A DNA stretch of 64,000 nt from the human T2T-CHM13v2.0 reference genome, Homo sapiens, in assembly GCF_009914755.1 (NCBI RefSeq), contig NC_060930.1. One strand, written 5' to 3'. Below are positions 38,339-51,726 of this stretch, piece by piece. A program made the position numbers and the translations under genes. The notes beneath the pieces were generated by a model. That model was not told the DNA's origin, searched no databases, and was given only the letters and a program-made list of their open reading frames with translations. Position 1 is the first letter of the stretch. Every line of letters begins with the position of its first letter.

Positions 38339-39519
38339 TGCATATATTTCTTTTGCTAACATCTTTGATATAGTATGTTATGATGGCTCTTTTGACAATT
38401 AAGCCCTACAAAGATTAAAATCATTAGTCTATTTAAATCTATGCTTAATAATCAGTTGATTTTTATACTACTATAAGTCCAATGGTAATTATATTTCCAT
38501 GTATTTTATTTAACCATTGTAAAGTTAGTGTTAATTATGATATCAGTCTAATAAGAAAAGGAGCAAATATTTTCATGTAGGCAGTAAAATATGAAACTCA
38601 GCTGTATATATGTATATACTTCCTCTTATGCCAATCTTATAGTTTTTGTGAAATTCTAAGTGGAATGAGTCATAATCATATACGAAATAATTAAACGTTC
38701 CTTAGTGTACTGACAAAAATAAAGTGGAACTAAAGCATTTTCAACGTTGGCAAAATATTGGAATTTATTAGCAATTTCCAAGTTTCTATTGCTCATTAAA
38801 TGATTCTTGTCATTTGCAAAACTCTCATAGAATGCAAACACTAAAATTCACAGTTTTCAAACCTGTGAAATACCTTCACATGGAGAGAAAATTCCAATAA
38901 CAGTTAACGTTTTTATTCATGTAGGTAAACTCATTTCTATGAGGAAAAATGTTGTTAATGTTCAGAAAGGGTTTTCACATTTTTTAAGACTCAGATTTGT
39001 ATGTCAAACTTAACAGTTTTGCCCCCAAATTTATAGTAGCAGCTTCAGTCCTCTAACGAATAGTTATTAATTCTGTGACATACTTAGTATTTCATTAGTT
39101 TTTTGTACTTTATGACATCAATTGACTTTGAAATGTAATTTAAAAAACTGAAAAACTGTAAATGTTAACATCTAGATAATGATGTGTAATACAGTAGGAG
39201 TTTATTCTACTGGCTAATTTTCCTGACATGATAAACTGGAGATGAAAGCTTCACATTTATCATTATTAAGTGTGCGAAAAGAAGACATTCTAGCATTCTG
39301 GATTATAAATAATAACAAAGTAAAACACATGTTTTTAATTCATAACAGAGACTGGCCTAGAAAATACAAAGATTCTAAATACGTGAAAAATTCAATGTTT
39401 TTGCACTTTTGTCATTGATGATATCTGATATTCTCCTGACAAACTTTAAGAAATTGCCAGCTATGGATGAAAACTTAGTATTATCCATATATAGCTATTA
39501 AGAATACCATGATTTGAAT

Positions 39520-42500
39520 GACTGAATACAAAATTAACACACAAAATTCAGTAGCACTTCTATACACCAATAATAAACCAGCTGAGAAAGATGTCAAGAA
39601 GGCTATTCTATTGACAGTAGTTTCCAAAAATAAACAATAAAAACCCAGAAATATGTTTTACCAAAAAGTTGAAAAATATCTACAAGGAAAAATACTGATG
39701 AAAGAAATTGAAAAGGATAAAAACAAATGAAATAACATCTCATACTCATGGATTTTAAAAATTAATATTTTTAGAATAACCATATTTCCTAAAGCAATCT
39801 ACCAACTCAAAGGAATCCCTATCAAAATACCAAAGTCATTTTTCACAGAAAGAATAAAACAATCCTAAAATTCATATGGAATGAAAAAAGAGCCCAAATA
39901 GACAAAACAATTCTCAGCAATAAGAACAAAGGTGGAGGTAGCCATCCCATCATCTGACTTCAAAATATACTGCAAGCCTTTACCAAACAAAAAAGCATGG
40001 TATTGGTATAAAATTGGTATACCAGGAACCTAGAATACCAGAACCTAGGAATAAATCCATATGTTTACAGCTACCTGATTTTTGACAAAGGTGCCAACAA
40101 TATACGTTGGAGAAAGGACAGCCTTTTCAATAAATGCTACTGAAAAAAACTGGACATTTATATGCAGAATAAGAAAACTAGACCTGAATCTCTCACCATG
40201 TACAAAAATCAACTCAAATGGATTAAAGCTCTAAACATAAAACCTGACAATATAAAAGTACTGGAAGAAAACATATAGGAATCACTAAATTGGTCTAGGC
40301 AAATATTTTACTGCTAAGACCTCAAAAGCACAGAAAACAGAAAAAAAATAGACACATGAGACTATATTAAACTGGAAAGTTTCTGCACCACGAGGGAAAA
40401 ATCAAGAGTGAAGCGACAACTTGTTGAATGGAAGAAAATATTTGCAAAGTGTTCATTAAACTCAAGACTAATATCCAGATTTTACAAAAAACTCAATTCA
40501 ATAGCCAAAAAATACAAACAAGTCCATTAAAAAGTGGGCAAATACATAAATGGACATTTCTCAAAAGAAGATAAAGAAATGGTAAACTCTCAACATTACT
40601 AATTATCAGTAAAATGAAAATTAAAAACGCAATGACATATCATGGTCCTCCAGTTAGAATGACTATTAGAAAAAATACAAAAAAAGAAAGCATGCTTGAC
40701 ACGGGTGCAGAGAGAAGGGAACGCTTATACATTGTTGATGGGAATGTAAATTAGTACAGACATTAGTGTAGGGAAAACAGTCTGAAGATTTTTCAAAAAA
40801 CTAAAAATAGAACTTTAGTGTGCTACCAGAAATTCCACTACTAGGTTATTTATCTAAAGGGAATGAAATAAATATATCAAAGGGATATCTGCATCGCCAT
40901 GTTTATCACATCATTACTTACAATAGCAAATATATGGAATCTAAGTGTCCATCACCATATGACTGGATAAAGAAAAGCTTATATAAATATATATTTTATA
41001 TATAAAACATATATAAATATATATTTTATATATAAAACATATATAAATATATATTTTATATATAAAACATATATAAATATATATTTTATATATAACATAT
41101 ATAAATATATATTTTATATATAAAACATATATAAATATATATTTTATATATAAAACATATATAAATATATATTTTATATATAAAACATATATAAATATAT
41201 ATTTTATATATAAAACATATATAAATATATAATATTTTTATATATAAAACATATATAAATATATAATATATTTTTATATATAAAACATATAAATACATAT
41301 TATGTATTTATATATAAAACATATATAAATATATGATATATTTATATATAAAACATATATAAATATATGATATATTTATATATAAAACATATATAAATAT
41401 ATGATATATTTATATATAAAACATATATAAATATATGATATATTTATATATAAAACATATATAAACATATAACATATTATATATTTATATATAAAACATA
41501 TATAACATATATATTTATATATAAAACATATATAACATATATATTTATATATAAAACATATATAACATATATATTTATATATAAAACATATATAAATATA
41601 TTATATATTTATATATAAAACATATATAAATATATTATATATTATATATTGTATATTTTATATACATATAAACATATATACATTATAAAACATATATAAA
41701 TATATAAATATATATACATATATATGTATATACATATATGTATGTATATATACATATACATATATGTATATACATACATATTTATGTATATATACATACA
41801 TATATGTATGTGTATACATATATGTATATGTATATATACACATATATGTATATAAAACATATATATAAATATATTTATATTTTATATATAAATATATAAT
41901 ATATATTACATATTTATATTTTATATATAAATGTATAATATATATTACATATTTATATTTTATATATAAATGTATTATATATTATACATTTATATTTTAT
42001 ATATAAATGTATAATATATATTATATATTTATATTTTATATATAAATGTATAATATATATTATATATTTATATTTTATATATAAATGTATAATATATATT
42101 ATACATTTATGTATAAAACATATATATAAAAACACATATTATATATATAAAACATATAATATATAATATATTATATTAATAAAAGATATATAATATATAA
42201 AACATATATAATATAATATATATTATATATTATATATAGAACATATATAAAATATAAATATATATAAAACATATAAATATATTATATATATAGAACATAT
42301 ATAAATATATAATATATATTATATATATATAACACAACAGAATTCTTCTCAGCCATAAAAAAAGAATAATATCCTGCCATTTGCAGCAACTGGGTGAAAC
42401 TGGAGGTCATTACGGTAGGTAAAATAAGACAGGAACAAAAAGACAAATATCATTTGTTCTGACTCATACGTGAGAGCTACAAAAGTTGATCTCATGGAGG

Positions 42501-42750
42501 CAGAGAGGAGAATGATAGTTTCCATAGGCTGGGAAGGATGTGTGTGAGGGTGGGATGAAGAGAGATTGGTTAGTATGCACAAACATAGTTAGATAGAAGA
42601 AATCAATTCTAATAGTTTGGAAGCAAAGTAGGGTAATTATATTTAAAAACAATGTATTTCACATTTCAAAATAGCTAGAAAAGAGGACTTGAGATGTACC
42701 CAACGCATCAAAATCATGAATATTCAATATGACAGATACTCCAAATACCA
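39520..42750 (+). mobile_element. L1MA (L1MA3/4-like) ORF2 3' half and 3' UTR, split by an AT-rich VNTR
   Basis: Degenerate ORF2 (aaaattcatatggaat, tttgacaaaggtgccaa, aaaaagtgggcaaa) and L1MA 3' UTR (aaacatagttagatagaag..aaaatagctagaa). Confidence 0.9.
40980..42330. repeat. AT-rich minisatellite/VNTR (~1.35 kb, 30-40 bp units)
   Basis: Unit ATATAAATATATATTTTATATATAAAACAT repeated from 40981, grading into variant units. Confidence 0.97.
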
Positions 42751-43299
42751 TATATGTATATATGGTATCTTTTCTGACCATAATGCAATAAAACTAGACT
42801 TAGGCCTTAGAGTTATTCACCCATACATTATACAGATGGCAATTGAAGATCTAGCAGTAAAAGCAAACACTCAGGGAAATGAGAGAGACCAAACAGATTA
42901 GGGGACCCAGGAAGAAATGGTGTAAGAAATAACCACATTCAGATGGGCGGGGCAAGAAAGGCCAATGATAAATACTAAAATAAATGTGATCTGATGTGTA
43001 GGCAGAAAGGGAAGAGATTCTGTTATCATAAAACCTAAAAGAACAGCAGAATATTTTATTAAGGAAGGCATTCAACTACCGCTTGTGCTGATGAGAGAAC
43101 AACTAACCAGTTTATTCTTGTGGTTTACATAAAACAATTCTAAAGCAAAATTACTGTTGAATTTAGCAAGAGCATCGTCAGTAGTTACCTGAGGGAAGAA
43201 ATCAGATCACAATGAGTTTAGGCAAGAATAAAATGTGAAAAAGAGGCAGTTATAGGAAAGATTCTCAAGAATGACTGAGCACTATTGTCAAGAATAGCA

Positions 43300-45150
43300 A
43301 AGGATATTTTTATGTAAATTGTATATTTAGATATCACTTAAACACTTAAAAGTACACATACAGCTCAATACATTCTTACAAAGTGAGCACTTATGTAACC
43401 TCTACCCAGACAAGAAGGCCAGCAGAAGTTAGGAGCTTCCCACCCACCTCTTGCTCTATTTCAGTCATATCTTTCCCCTAGGAATAACCACAATTCTGAC
43501 TTCTAACATCACAGACTAGTTTGACTGCTTGAATTTATCTAAATGGAATCATATGGCAAATATTCTTCTGCATCTGGCCTCTTTTGCACACTATTAATGT
43601 TTGTGAGATTCGTCCATTTTTTTTGCATATAGTAAATTGCATTTATTACCTTTGCTATGTAACATAAACCAGAGTATTTTGAAGGAAAAAAAACTTCCTT
43701 CATGTTATAAAATCACAATGAAAAATCCAGTATAACTTTACACAGTAAAAAATAACTGTGATAAAAAATATAAAAATGTCTGTGATACAGAATATTTAGT
43801 GAATAAAGACTAGAAAAATACCTGGTAATAATTCTACGTAAATATAAAAAGTTCATGTATGACAGAGGTTGCATTGCAAACCAATGGAAATTAATTAAGG
43901 ATTCAATATGTGATGCTAAAAAATGGTTTTCCATATGGAAGCAAAATAAAATTAGATTCCGACATACATGCAAAAAATGCATAAGTAGCTCAAAAACCTT
44001 GTAATATGAGAAGTAGCATTTTAAAATATTAGACAAAGATATACAATAGTTTATAATAAGCAATAATTTCTTAAACAAGGTAAGGAAACAGATAATAAAA
44101 TACTAATAAATTTACATTAAATGTTTAAATAAAATAAAATAGTATAAAGAAAAACGGAGCTAATGCATTTGCAGCATATTAAACAACAAAAATTAGTATT
44201 TAGAAAACATTCAGACCACGTGAAAGACATAAAATGAGGAAAAAGAAAGCAAAATATATATATATATATAATGAAAATAATGATTCTCAAGGGTTAGTTG
44301 AGAGGCCAGTGAACATTTGAAGATATATCCATTCTCTCTGGTAGTCTGAGAAATGCACACAATAATCTAATCCTTCAAATTGACAGAATTTTTAAATTCT
44401 GTCAATTTCAAGTTGTTTAAAAGATGTGGAAAGTGGGAACTATCACATACTAATATGAGGGATGAAAGTTTACAAATTCTTTGGAAAACAACTTATCATC
44501 ATTGGGTAAATTTGCAAGACAGTCATTCCACCCATATTTCTCTGAAGGGTATACCCTTCAGAAATTCTAGAAATAACCACATGGACTCGTGTTCAACAAT
44601 GTTTATTACAGCATTATTTTCAATAACAAATAATAAAACATATATTATAAATGTATATAAAATATCCTTTCATTGTAAATAATTTTATATATTGATGGTA
44701 TCATAAGCGGAATGCTCATATGCTGTTGAAATAAACTAGGGATTCTTTAAATAATCTTATATCAAAATTAATAATCGCTATACAATAATGTTGAGTTGCA
44801 GTATGTTGCTACTTTAATGTAAAGTTTGGAAAGCATAAACGCTATTTCCAATAATTTTTACAGATATATAGAATATTTATAGATACATAGAACAAGGTAC
44901 ATACAACAAGCATAGTTTCTAAAAACATTAAATTCAGGTACATCTTGCCTCTGGTGGAGGAAGCATAAAAAAGACACCAGAAGACTGCTGTCTGAGCATC
45001 TTTCCTAATAAATAATTTTATTTATTTAATTGTAACTATTGTAAGTATGGAAAATAATAGCATTTGATAAAGCTATGTAGTAAGTATAATTTTTGGAGTG
45101 TTCCATTATTTTCCTTTCATATATTTCTATGTTACAAAATATTTACAGTA
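43300..45150. mobile_element. Old L1ME fragments (antisense ~43300-43660, sense ~43660-45150)
   Basis: aataaccacaattctgacttctaacatcacagactagt..aaatggaatcata; tgttcaacaatgtttattacagcattatt. Confidence 0.65.
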
Positions 45151-46541
45151 CAATTACTTTCACAATTTTTGTTTCATTTGATTTTTGATGATAGATAATT
45201 GTGCATGTTTAAATACTCATTGGAATAAACCAGAAGAACGATTGAAGATATTTTAAGAAGTTACACTATTTTGGACATAATTTCTCTGAGGAAATATAGG
45301 GATTTCAGAGACGGTCCATAAGAATTATAGGGAATTTTCCTTAACTGTGGGGTCTAGATTCAGACAAGTTTCTAATATTTACAACTGAGATCTAAGGTTT
45401 ATTTTAGATTGCGAGTAAATTTTGGAAACAGAAAATATTATCTTGTTTGAGAAGTCTCCATTTCAAAAGTAAGCTTTTTGTTTGGTCTTATTTTTCTTAC
45501 AAATTTAGTAGAGCTTCAGTTTCAGTTATCTTAAATGTGTCTAACTGATACATACATTTGGTCCATCACAGTTTCTTATAATTGTGTGAGTATAGGAAAA
45601 TTAAAAAGGGATAGGGTATCTGAAAAATTTTTGTGATAAACATTTTAAGTGTTAGATCTTCAAAGGACTTGAAGTTTTTAAAAAGTTTTCTCTTAGAGAT
45701 TTCTCTTTGCACATTCTAGATGCAATTGGCTTTTCTAAAGCTAGGTATCAAGACAAAGAGATTCTGCTGAACATGCGATATCCAATCTGTCATGGGAAGC
45801 TTTGCTGCCATTTCTGTGAAATCTCCTTTTTGGGTATGATCCATCCTAGAATAGAAAAAAACTTAAAACCAGAATACAACCTGCAGTGAAGTGTCATTGC
45901 ATGATTTCAGAATTACTTATAAGTCTCATTAGAGGCATCCCTATTGCTATATAAATATAATAAATTTTCACAGAAGTAAAAAAGTGTAAGTAATAAAATA
46001 AATTCATTGTAGTGAATGTTGTAAAGGTAAGAAAATTGAAAATATGCTTTATGCCTTAAATATGAACAGATTCATAACTCTGGATGGAGATAATATTATT
46101 TAGTTAAACATTGGCTGTCACTGAGATGAGCTGCAGATACATGGGCTAAAGGACCATATCCAGCTTTAATAATAGCTGGATATTTATCTGTGCTGAAAAC
46201 TTCAAAATAAAGTACTCAGAGCTTAACAATTTATGATATGTGACCATGTCTTCCCAAATAAAATAAGTACCTGAAACAAAACATTAACAAAACCTTGTAT
46301 ATTTCTCTTTTTAGATGTTTCAAGTAAAGCCATAAATTATAATTATTTTTTAAAATGTTTCAGAAACAAAACATCTAAATATTCATTACCAGAGGCTGAA
46401 ACATTTCTCTCAGCTCTCAGTTTGGATTTTGGTTCCATTTGTAAGCAGCAGTAGGTAGAAAAAATCCTTACGAAACAAAAAGCCTTTATATCCAGATCAC
46501 GAGAGGACTTACGATATAAATTATAACAATGAAAGCAAGAT

Positions 46542-46691
46542 TTATATTAAATAATATGATGATAGAGGAGAAAAAACAAATATACAAGACAAATACCAGA
46601 TACAGAATATATCTGGTGCTCTGATTTCCTTACACAAGAAACACTTCTTATTGTATTATCCATTTATTAACAGAGAAATATATTAGTCATT
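46542..46691 (+). repeat. Left arm of a 150-bp inverted repeat
   Basis: Reverse complement of 47903-48052 with 4 mismatches by manual alignment. Confidence 0.97.
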
Positions 46692-47593
46692 GTTCTGAGG
46701 TATTACATTAAAAGGAATTTTAATGTAGCTGAAACCTACATCATTAAATTATTTATCCATAGTCAGTTTAGATAATTAGCAAAATATATCTAACTCTTTG
46801 GCTCCAACAGCTTTATATGTTGCTATGAGAACACAGGAGTAGCGTCCAAAGAAGGCAGCATGAATATATCTACAATTACACTCATGAACAGGGGATGAGT
46901 GTAGCACCTCAGACTCCCTCATAACACAGAACATCCAATCCTTCTAAAAGAGACACAGACTGCCCTGGGATGGGATCAACAAAGATAACATGAGATCAGA
47001 TTCATCACTGAGGATGGAATCCCTCAAACAGATGCTGCATCCAGACCAGTACACATTAGATGTTTTAAATGCCTGGGTTAGGAGATGGGGAGAACAATCT
47101 TGAACAATCTGTGAGGGAGAAATTAGAATTATATTGCAGAGAGTGGGACATGATTTAAATTTGAAGACTGTAACAAGGGTATTGTAATATGAGTGGTGAG
47201 TGAATTTTAGAATAGGTCATTAAGAATAGACATGTGTGAACAGCTCTGGCATATCATTAATGTGAACTCTCTGCACTTTTATTTGGGTTGTCAGAAAGAG
47301 AAGCAAGCAATCTAATTGAAGTGGAAGTAGTGCCAAGTATGAAAGATGGCATGGGAGGGTATAGTATTAAAGAAAGTTTCTCAGTTATGAGAGAAAGACA
47401 GTGGACATAAAGAGTAATAACAGAGAGGTTGATCCCATTTTCATTACATTATAGAATTATATATAGAACCAGCCATTCACAAGGTTGATAAGAAACCAGA
47501 CTCTATGGAAAGATACATTGATGCCCAGGTTTTAGTAGAATTCTCAGTGAAAACATGAATATCTAATGTCTATTGTATATAACACTGATTTTT

Positions 47594-47801
47594 TTTTAAC
47601 TTTAAGTTCTGGGATACATGTGCAGAATGTGCAGGTTTGCTACACAGATATACATGTGCCATGGTGGTTTGCTACACCTATCAACCCATCACCAGGTTTT
47701 AAGCCCCGCATACATTAGATATTTGTCCTAATGCTCTCCCTCCCTTTGCCCCTCAACCTCCGACAGGCCCCATTGTGTGATGTCTCCATGTTTTCTCATT
47801 G
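47594..47801 (-). mobile_element. 5'-truncated L1PA7/8 3' end with TSD
   Basis: aactttaagttctgggatacatgtgcag...taagccccgcatacattag; TSD tataaca(c/t)tgattttt at 47578-47593 and 47802-47817. Confidence 0.9.
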
Positions 47802-47902
47802 TATAACATTGATTTTTGTCTGCTATAAAAATCACTTTGATCTGGTTTTCAGGTTAGTAGGAGTACAACCCATACTAGGTTGTAATATGTGGTATGTAAT
47901 AT

Positions 47903-48052
47903 AATGACTAATATATTTCTCTGTTAATAAATGGATAATAAAATAAGAGGTGTTTCTTGTGTAAGGAAATCAGAGCACCAGATATATTCTGTATCTGGTA
48001 TTTGTCTTGTATTTTTGTTTTTTCTTCTCTATCATCATATTATTTAATATAA
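47903..48052 (-). repeat. Right arm of the 150-bp inverted repeat
   Basis: Reverse complement of 46542-46691. Confidence 0.97.
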
Positions 48053-50144
48053 TATTTAATATAATATAAAATTATTTAATATAATATTTCTATAAAGAAA
48101 AGATAGATTGCAATATTTTTATATAAACCTCTAATAATTTGAAAACTAAATTTTATTCCAAATATTAGCAACATACTCACTTTGTTGATTCATTTCAGTC
48201 AATTAAAATAAAGGATGTGATTGCATCCAGGGGTGTATGAAATGCAATTTATGAAATCCAATTTTTCCCCTAATTTGTACTATATTTTTAGCACTGATAA
48301 CCTTTTATTTCATAAATATCTCAGTGTTTGAACTTGTTGAGACTCTTCTAAGACTTGAAACCTTGATAGACATTTTAAAATTGTCTTATTTAAATGGCTA
48401 TTGATAGATTCAGAATAATCCTATTACTTTCCAAACTATGCTTTTTTCCTACTTTATTGTCATAATTTTCTTTGACACATGTTGAAAAATGTTCTTAAAA
48501 AGTCAACACCATTGCTGAATTTCACATTCCCAAAGGCAAAATTAAATCATGTTTCAATTAGACTACAATTGATAATGGCTATGTAGTTTGTAGTTTTCAG
48601 GAATTGGAATACATATTACATCATGAGCAGTGATGGCATAGTAAATAGAACCAGTATTTGATTTCATATGTAATGTAAAAAAACACAGAAACATTTAAGT
48701 ATAGTGAAGATTTTTCTGTGATATCCTCTAAAAGCAGTATTTTCCATGCTTGTTTTCCTTTTCCTTGTCCTTAAATATCTCCAGACCTCTTCAGTACAAA
48801 GGCTGCTAAATAACTGTCAATATAACACACACTCTTTCCTCTCCTTGTAGTCAGATCACAGTGTGACAGCTCAATCCTCAAAGATAATGACCTAATCTTT
48901 GTTAAACAGCATTTGAAAATGGGCAGCCAAGAAAATCTTTATAGTACTGTGATGTTTTTATTTTTAATAAAATATTTAATATCACATAAAATACCATAAT
49001 ACTTGCAGCCAAGACTATTTAAACTAATATTAGAGTTGATATTTAACGTTATGGATATTGGAACAACTGAAACAATAATTTGGGTCAGTAATTTCACTTT
49101 TGAAAATCTGAATAAACTCTCTTGAAAATTTTATAAGTCATCAAATATGTACAGAATACATAGATTTTTAGAGTCTACTATTTCCAATCTTTACTGAAAT
49201 AGTATTCTAATTTAATGCACTATTAATACCAAAGTAATATCCCAATTCCAGCCACACTTATTTTAAACCCTTATTTATTTCTACATAAAGAATAAGTTTT
49301 ACTGTTGATTTATCATAACTTTAAAACTCAACATGCCAACAGAAACACATGCAAATAGGTGTGGATGAAAATTAAAATGTGAAAGTAAACAATAAATGTG
49401 ACAGAAATTTTTCCTCGTCTCTAATAAATACTATTGCTAGACCCTGAGAAAATAATAATGAAGGAATACTAAATTTGGAGGATAAGTAATAAACTTGGTT
49501 AAGCATTGCATTTGAAGTCTAAATAAAAACCCAAGTAAAAATGATCACTTGTTGGTCAGTTTCAATTGTTTAGGGATCAATATAGGATCTAGGCTGGAAA
49601 TTCAAACTCGGGGGTATGAAAGTACAAAATGGTATAAAACAAAAGGGCACAGGAAATTGCCTGCTGATATGTTGAGAAAAAGAAATAGATCAAAAACCGA
49701 TTCTTGGGTGACATTAATCTAATTTTAGGAATAGACTAAGAAAAAGAAGCCGACAATAGGAACTAAGAAACACAGTTGCCTTTTCCCTTTCCATTTCTTT
49801 AGCCACACATAAAATCAACCATCAGATGTGGCTTTTTCTCTCTGGTATCCTTCATATACAGTTTCTTCTTTCAGGAACTACTCATATCTGTAACTTTATA
49901 TACATTACCTAACCACAGGTCTCTCCGTCATTCGGCGTAGCTCCTTTTTATTCCTTCAATCCCAAACCACACTTCATGTTTATTTCCTGCTTTCTCTTGA
50001 ATAACATATACTGTTATTATACCCTACATACATTATTTATAATTTCCACCATATAAAGCAGAATTTATGGTCATCAGCAAAAAGAGAAATTGGCAACAAT
50101 TACAAAAAAAGAATACTTGCAAGTTTTATTGAAAGTGATATTGA

Positions 50145-51726
50145 TTTTTCTAATGATCAGTTATGGTGAGCTTTTCTTCATGTTTGTTGGGCGCATGAAT
50201 GTCTTCTTTTGAGAAGTATCTGTTCATGTCCTTCGACTACTTTTATTGAGATTGTTTGTTTTTTTCTTGTAAATTTATGTAAGTCCCTTGTAGGTTTTGC
50301 CAGATGGATAGATTGCAAAAATGTTCTTCCATTCTGTAGGTTTGTCTGTTCACCCTGATGATAGTTTCTTTTGCTGTGCAGACGCTTTTTAGTTTAATTA
50401 GATCACATTTGCCAATTTTTGCTTTTGTTGCAATTGCTTTTGGTGTTTTCATTATGAAATCTTTGCCTGTGCCTATGTCCTAAATGGTATTTCCTAGGTT
50501 TTCTTCTAGTGATTTTATAGTTTTGGATTTTACATTTAAGCCTTTAATCCATATTGAGTTAATTTTTGTACAAGGTATAGGAAAGGAGTCCAGTTTCAAT
50601 TTTCTGCATATGGCTAGCTAGTTCTCCAAGCACCATTTATTATCCATATAGCTTGTTTCGATAAGGTTTGTGAAAGATCAGATGGCTGTAAGTATGCGGT
50701 CTTATTTCTGGGTTCTCTATTCTTTTCCATTGGTCTATGTGTATCTTTTGGTACCAGTACCATGCTGCTCTGATTACTGTAGTCTTGCAGTATAGTTTGA
50801 AGTCTGGTAGCATGATGCTTCCAGCTTTGTTCTTTTTGCTTAGAATTGTCTTGGCTATTCAGGCTCTTTTTGGTTTCATATGAATTTTAAAATAATTTTT
50901 TCTAATTTGGTGAAGGATGTCAATGGTAGTTTAGTGGGAATAACATTGAATCTATAAATTACTTTCGGCAGTATGGCCATTTTCATGATATTGAAGAGAT
51001 ACCATCTCACACTAGTCAGAATGACGATTATTAAAAAGTCCAAACAATAGAGGCTGGCAAGTTTGCAGAGAAAAAGGAATACTTTTGCACTGTTGGTGGG
51101 AGTGTAAATTAGTTCATCTATTGTGAAAGACAGTGTGGTGGCAATTCCTCAAAGATCTAAAAGCAGAAATTCCAGTTGACCCAGCAATTCCATTACTGGG
51201 CATATATCCAAAGGAATATAAGTTATTCTATTATAAAGATACATGCATGCATATGTTTATTGCAGCACTATACACAATAGCAAAGACATGGAATCAATCC
51301 AACTGTCCATCAGTGAAAGACCGGAGAAGGAAAATGTATAATACATGTACACTATGGAATACTATGCAACCACATAAATGAATTAGAACATGGCCTTTGC
51401 AGGGACATGGATGGAGCTGGAAGACATTATCCTCAGCAAAATCACATAGGAACAGAAAACCAAACACAGACTGTTTTCACTCATAAGTGGGAACTGAATG
51501 ATTAGGACACATGAACACACGGCAGGGAACAACACAACCTAGGGTTCGTAGACGGGGTTAAGGGGAGGGAGAGCATCAGGAAGAATAGCTAATGGATGTT
51601 GGGCTTAATACCCAGGTAATGAATTGATCTGTTGAGGGTTCCACCGTGGCACAGGTTTACTTACGTAACAAACCTGCACATCCTGCACATATACCCAGAA
51701 ATGTAAAATAAAATTTGAAGGGACAA
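50145..51726 (+). mobile_element. Twin-primed (5'-inverted) L1PA8A-like insertion
   Basis: Antisense ORF2 50145-50994, then sense ORF2 end and 3' UTR 50995-51726; TSD aaagtgatattga at 50132-50144 and 51727-51739. Confidence 0.93.

Noticed and set aside
40980-42330. Regular 30-bp repeats as a CRISPR-like array, and YI-rich ORFs
   Set aside because: Head-to-tail units with no unique spacers in eukaryotic DNA; this is a simple AT-rich VNTR
46542-48052. Inverted arms as TIRs of a novel DNA transposon or MITE
   Set aside because: No clear TSD beyond AT-rich noise, no transposase remnant, and the spacer looks like ordinary genomic DNA. The 97% arm identity is too high for extinct primate DNA transposons without conversion. 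Kept instead as an inverted duplication.
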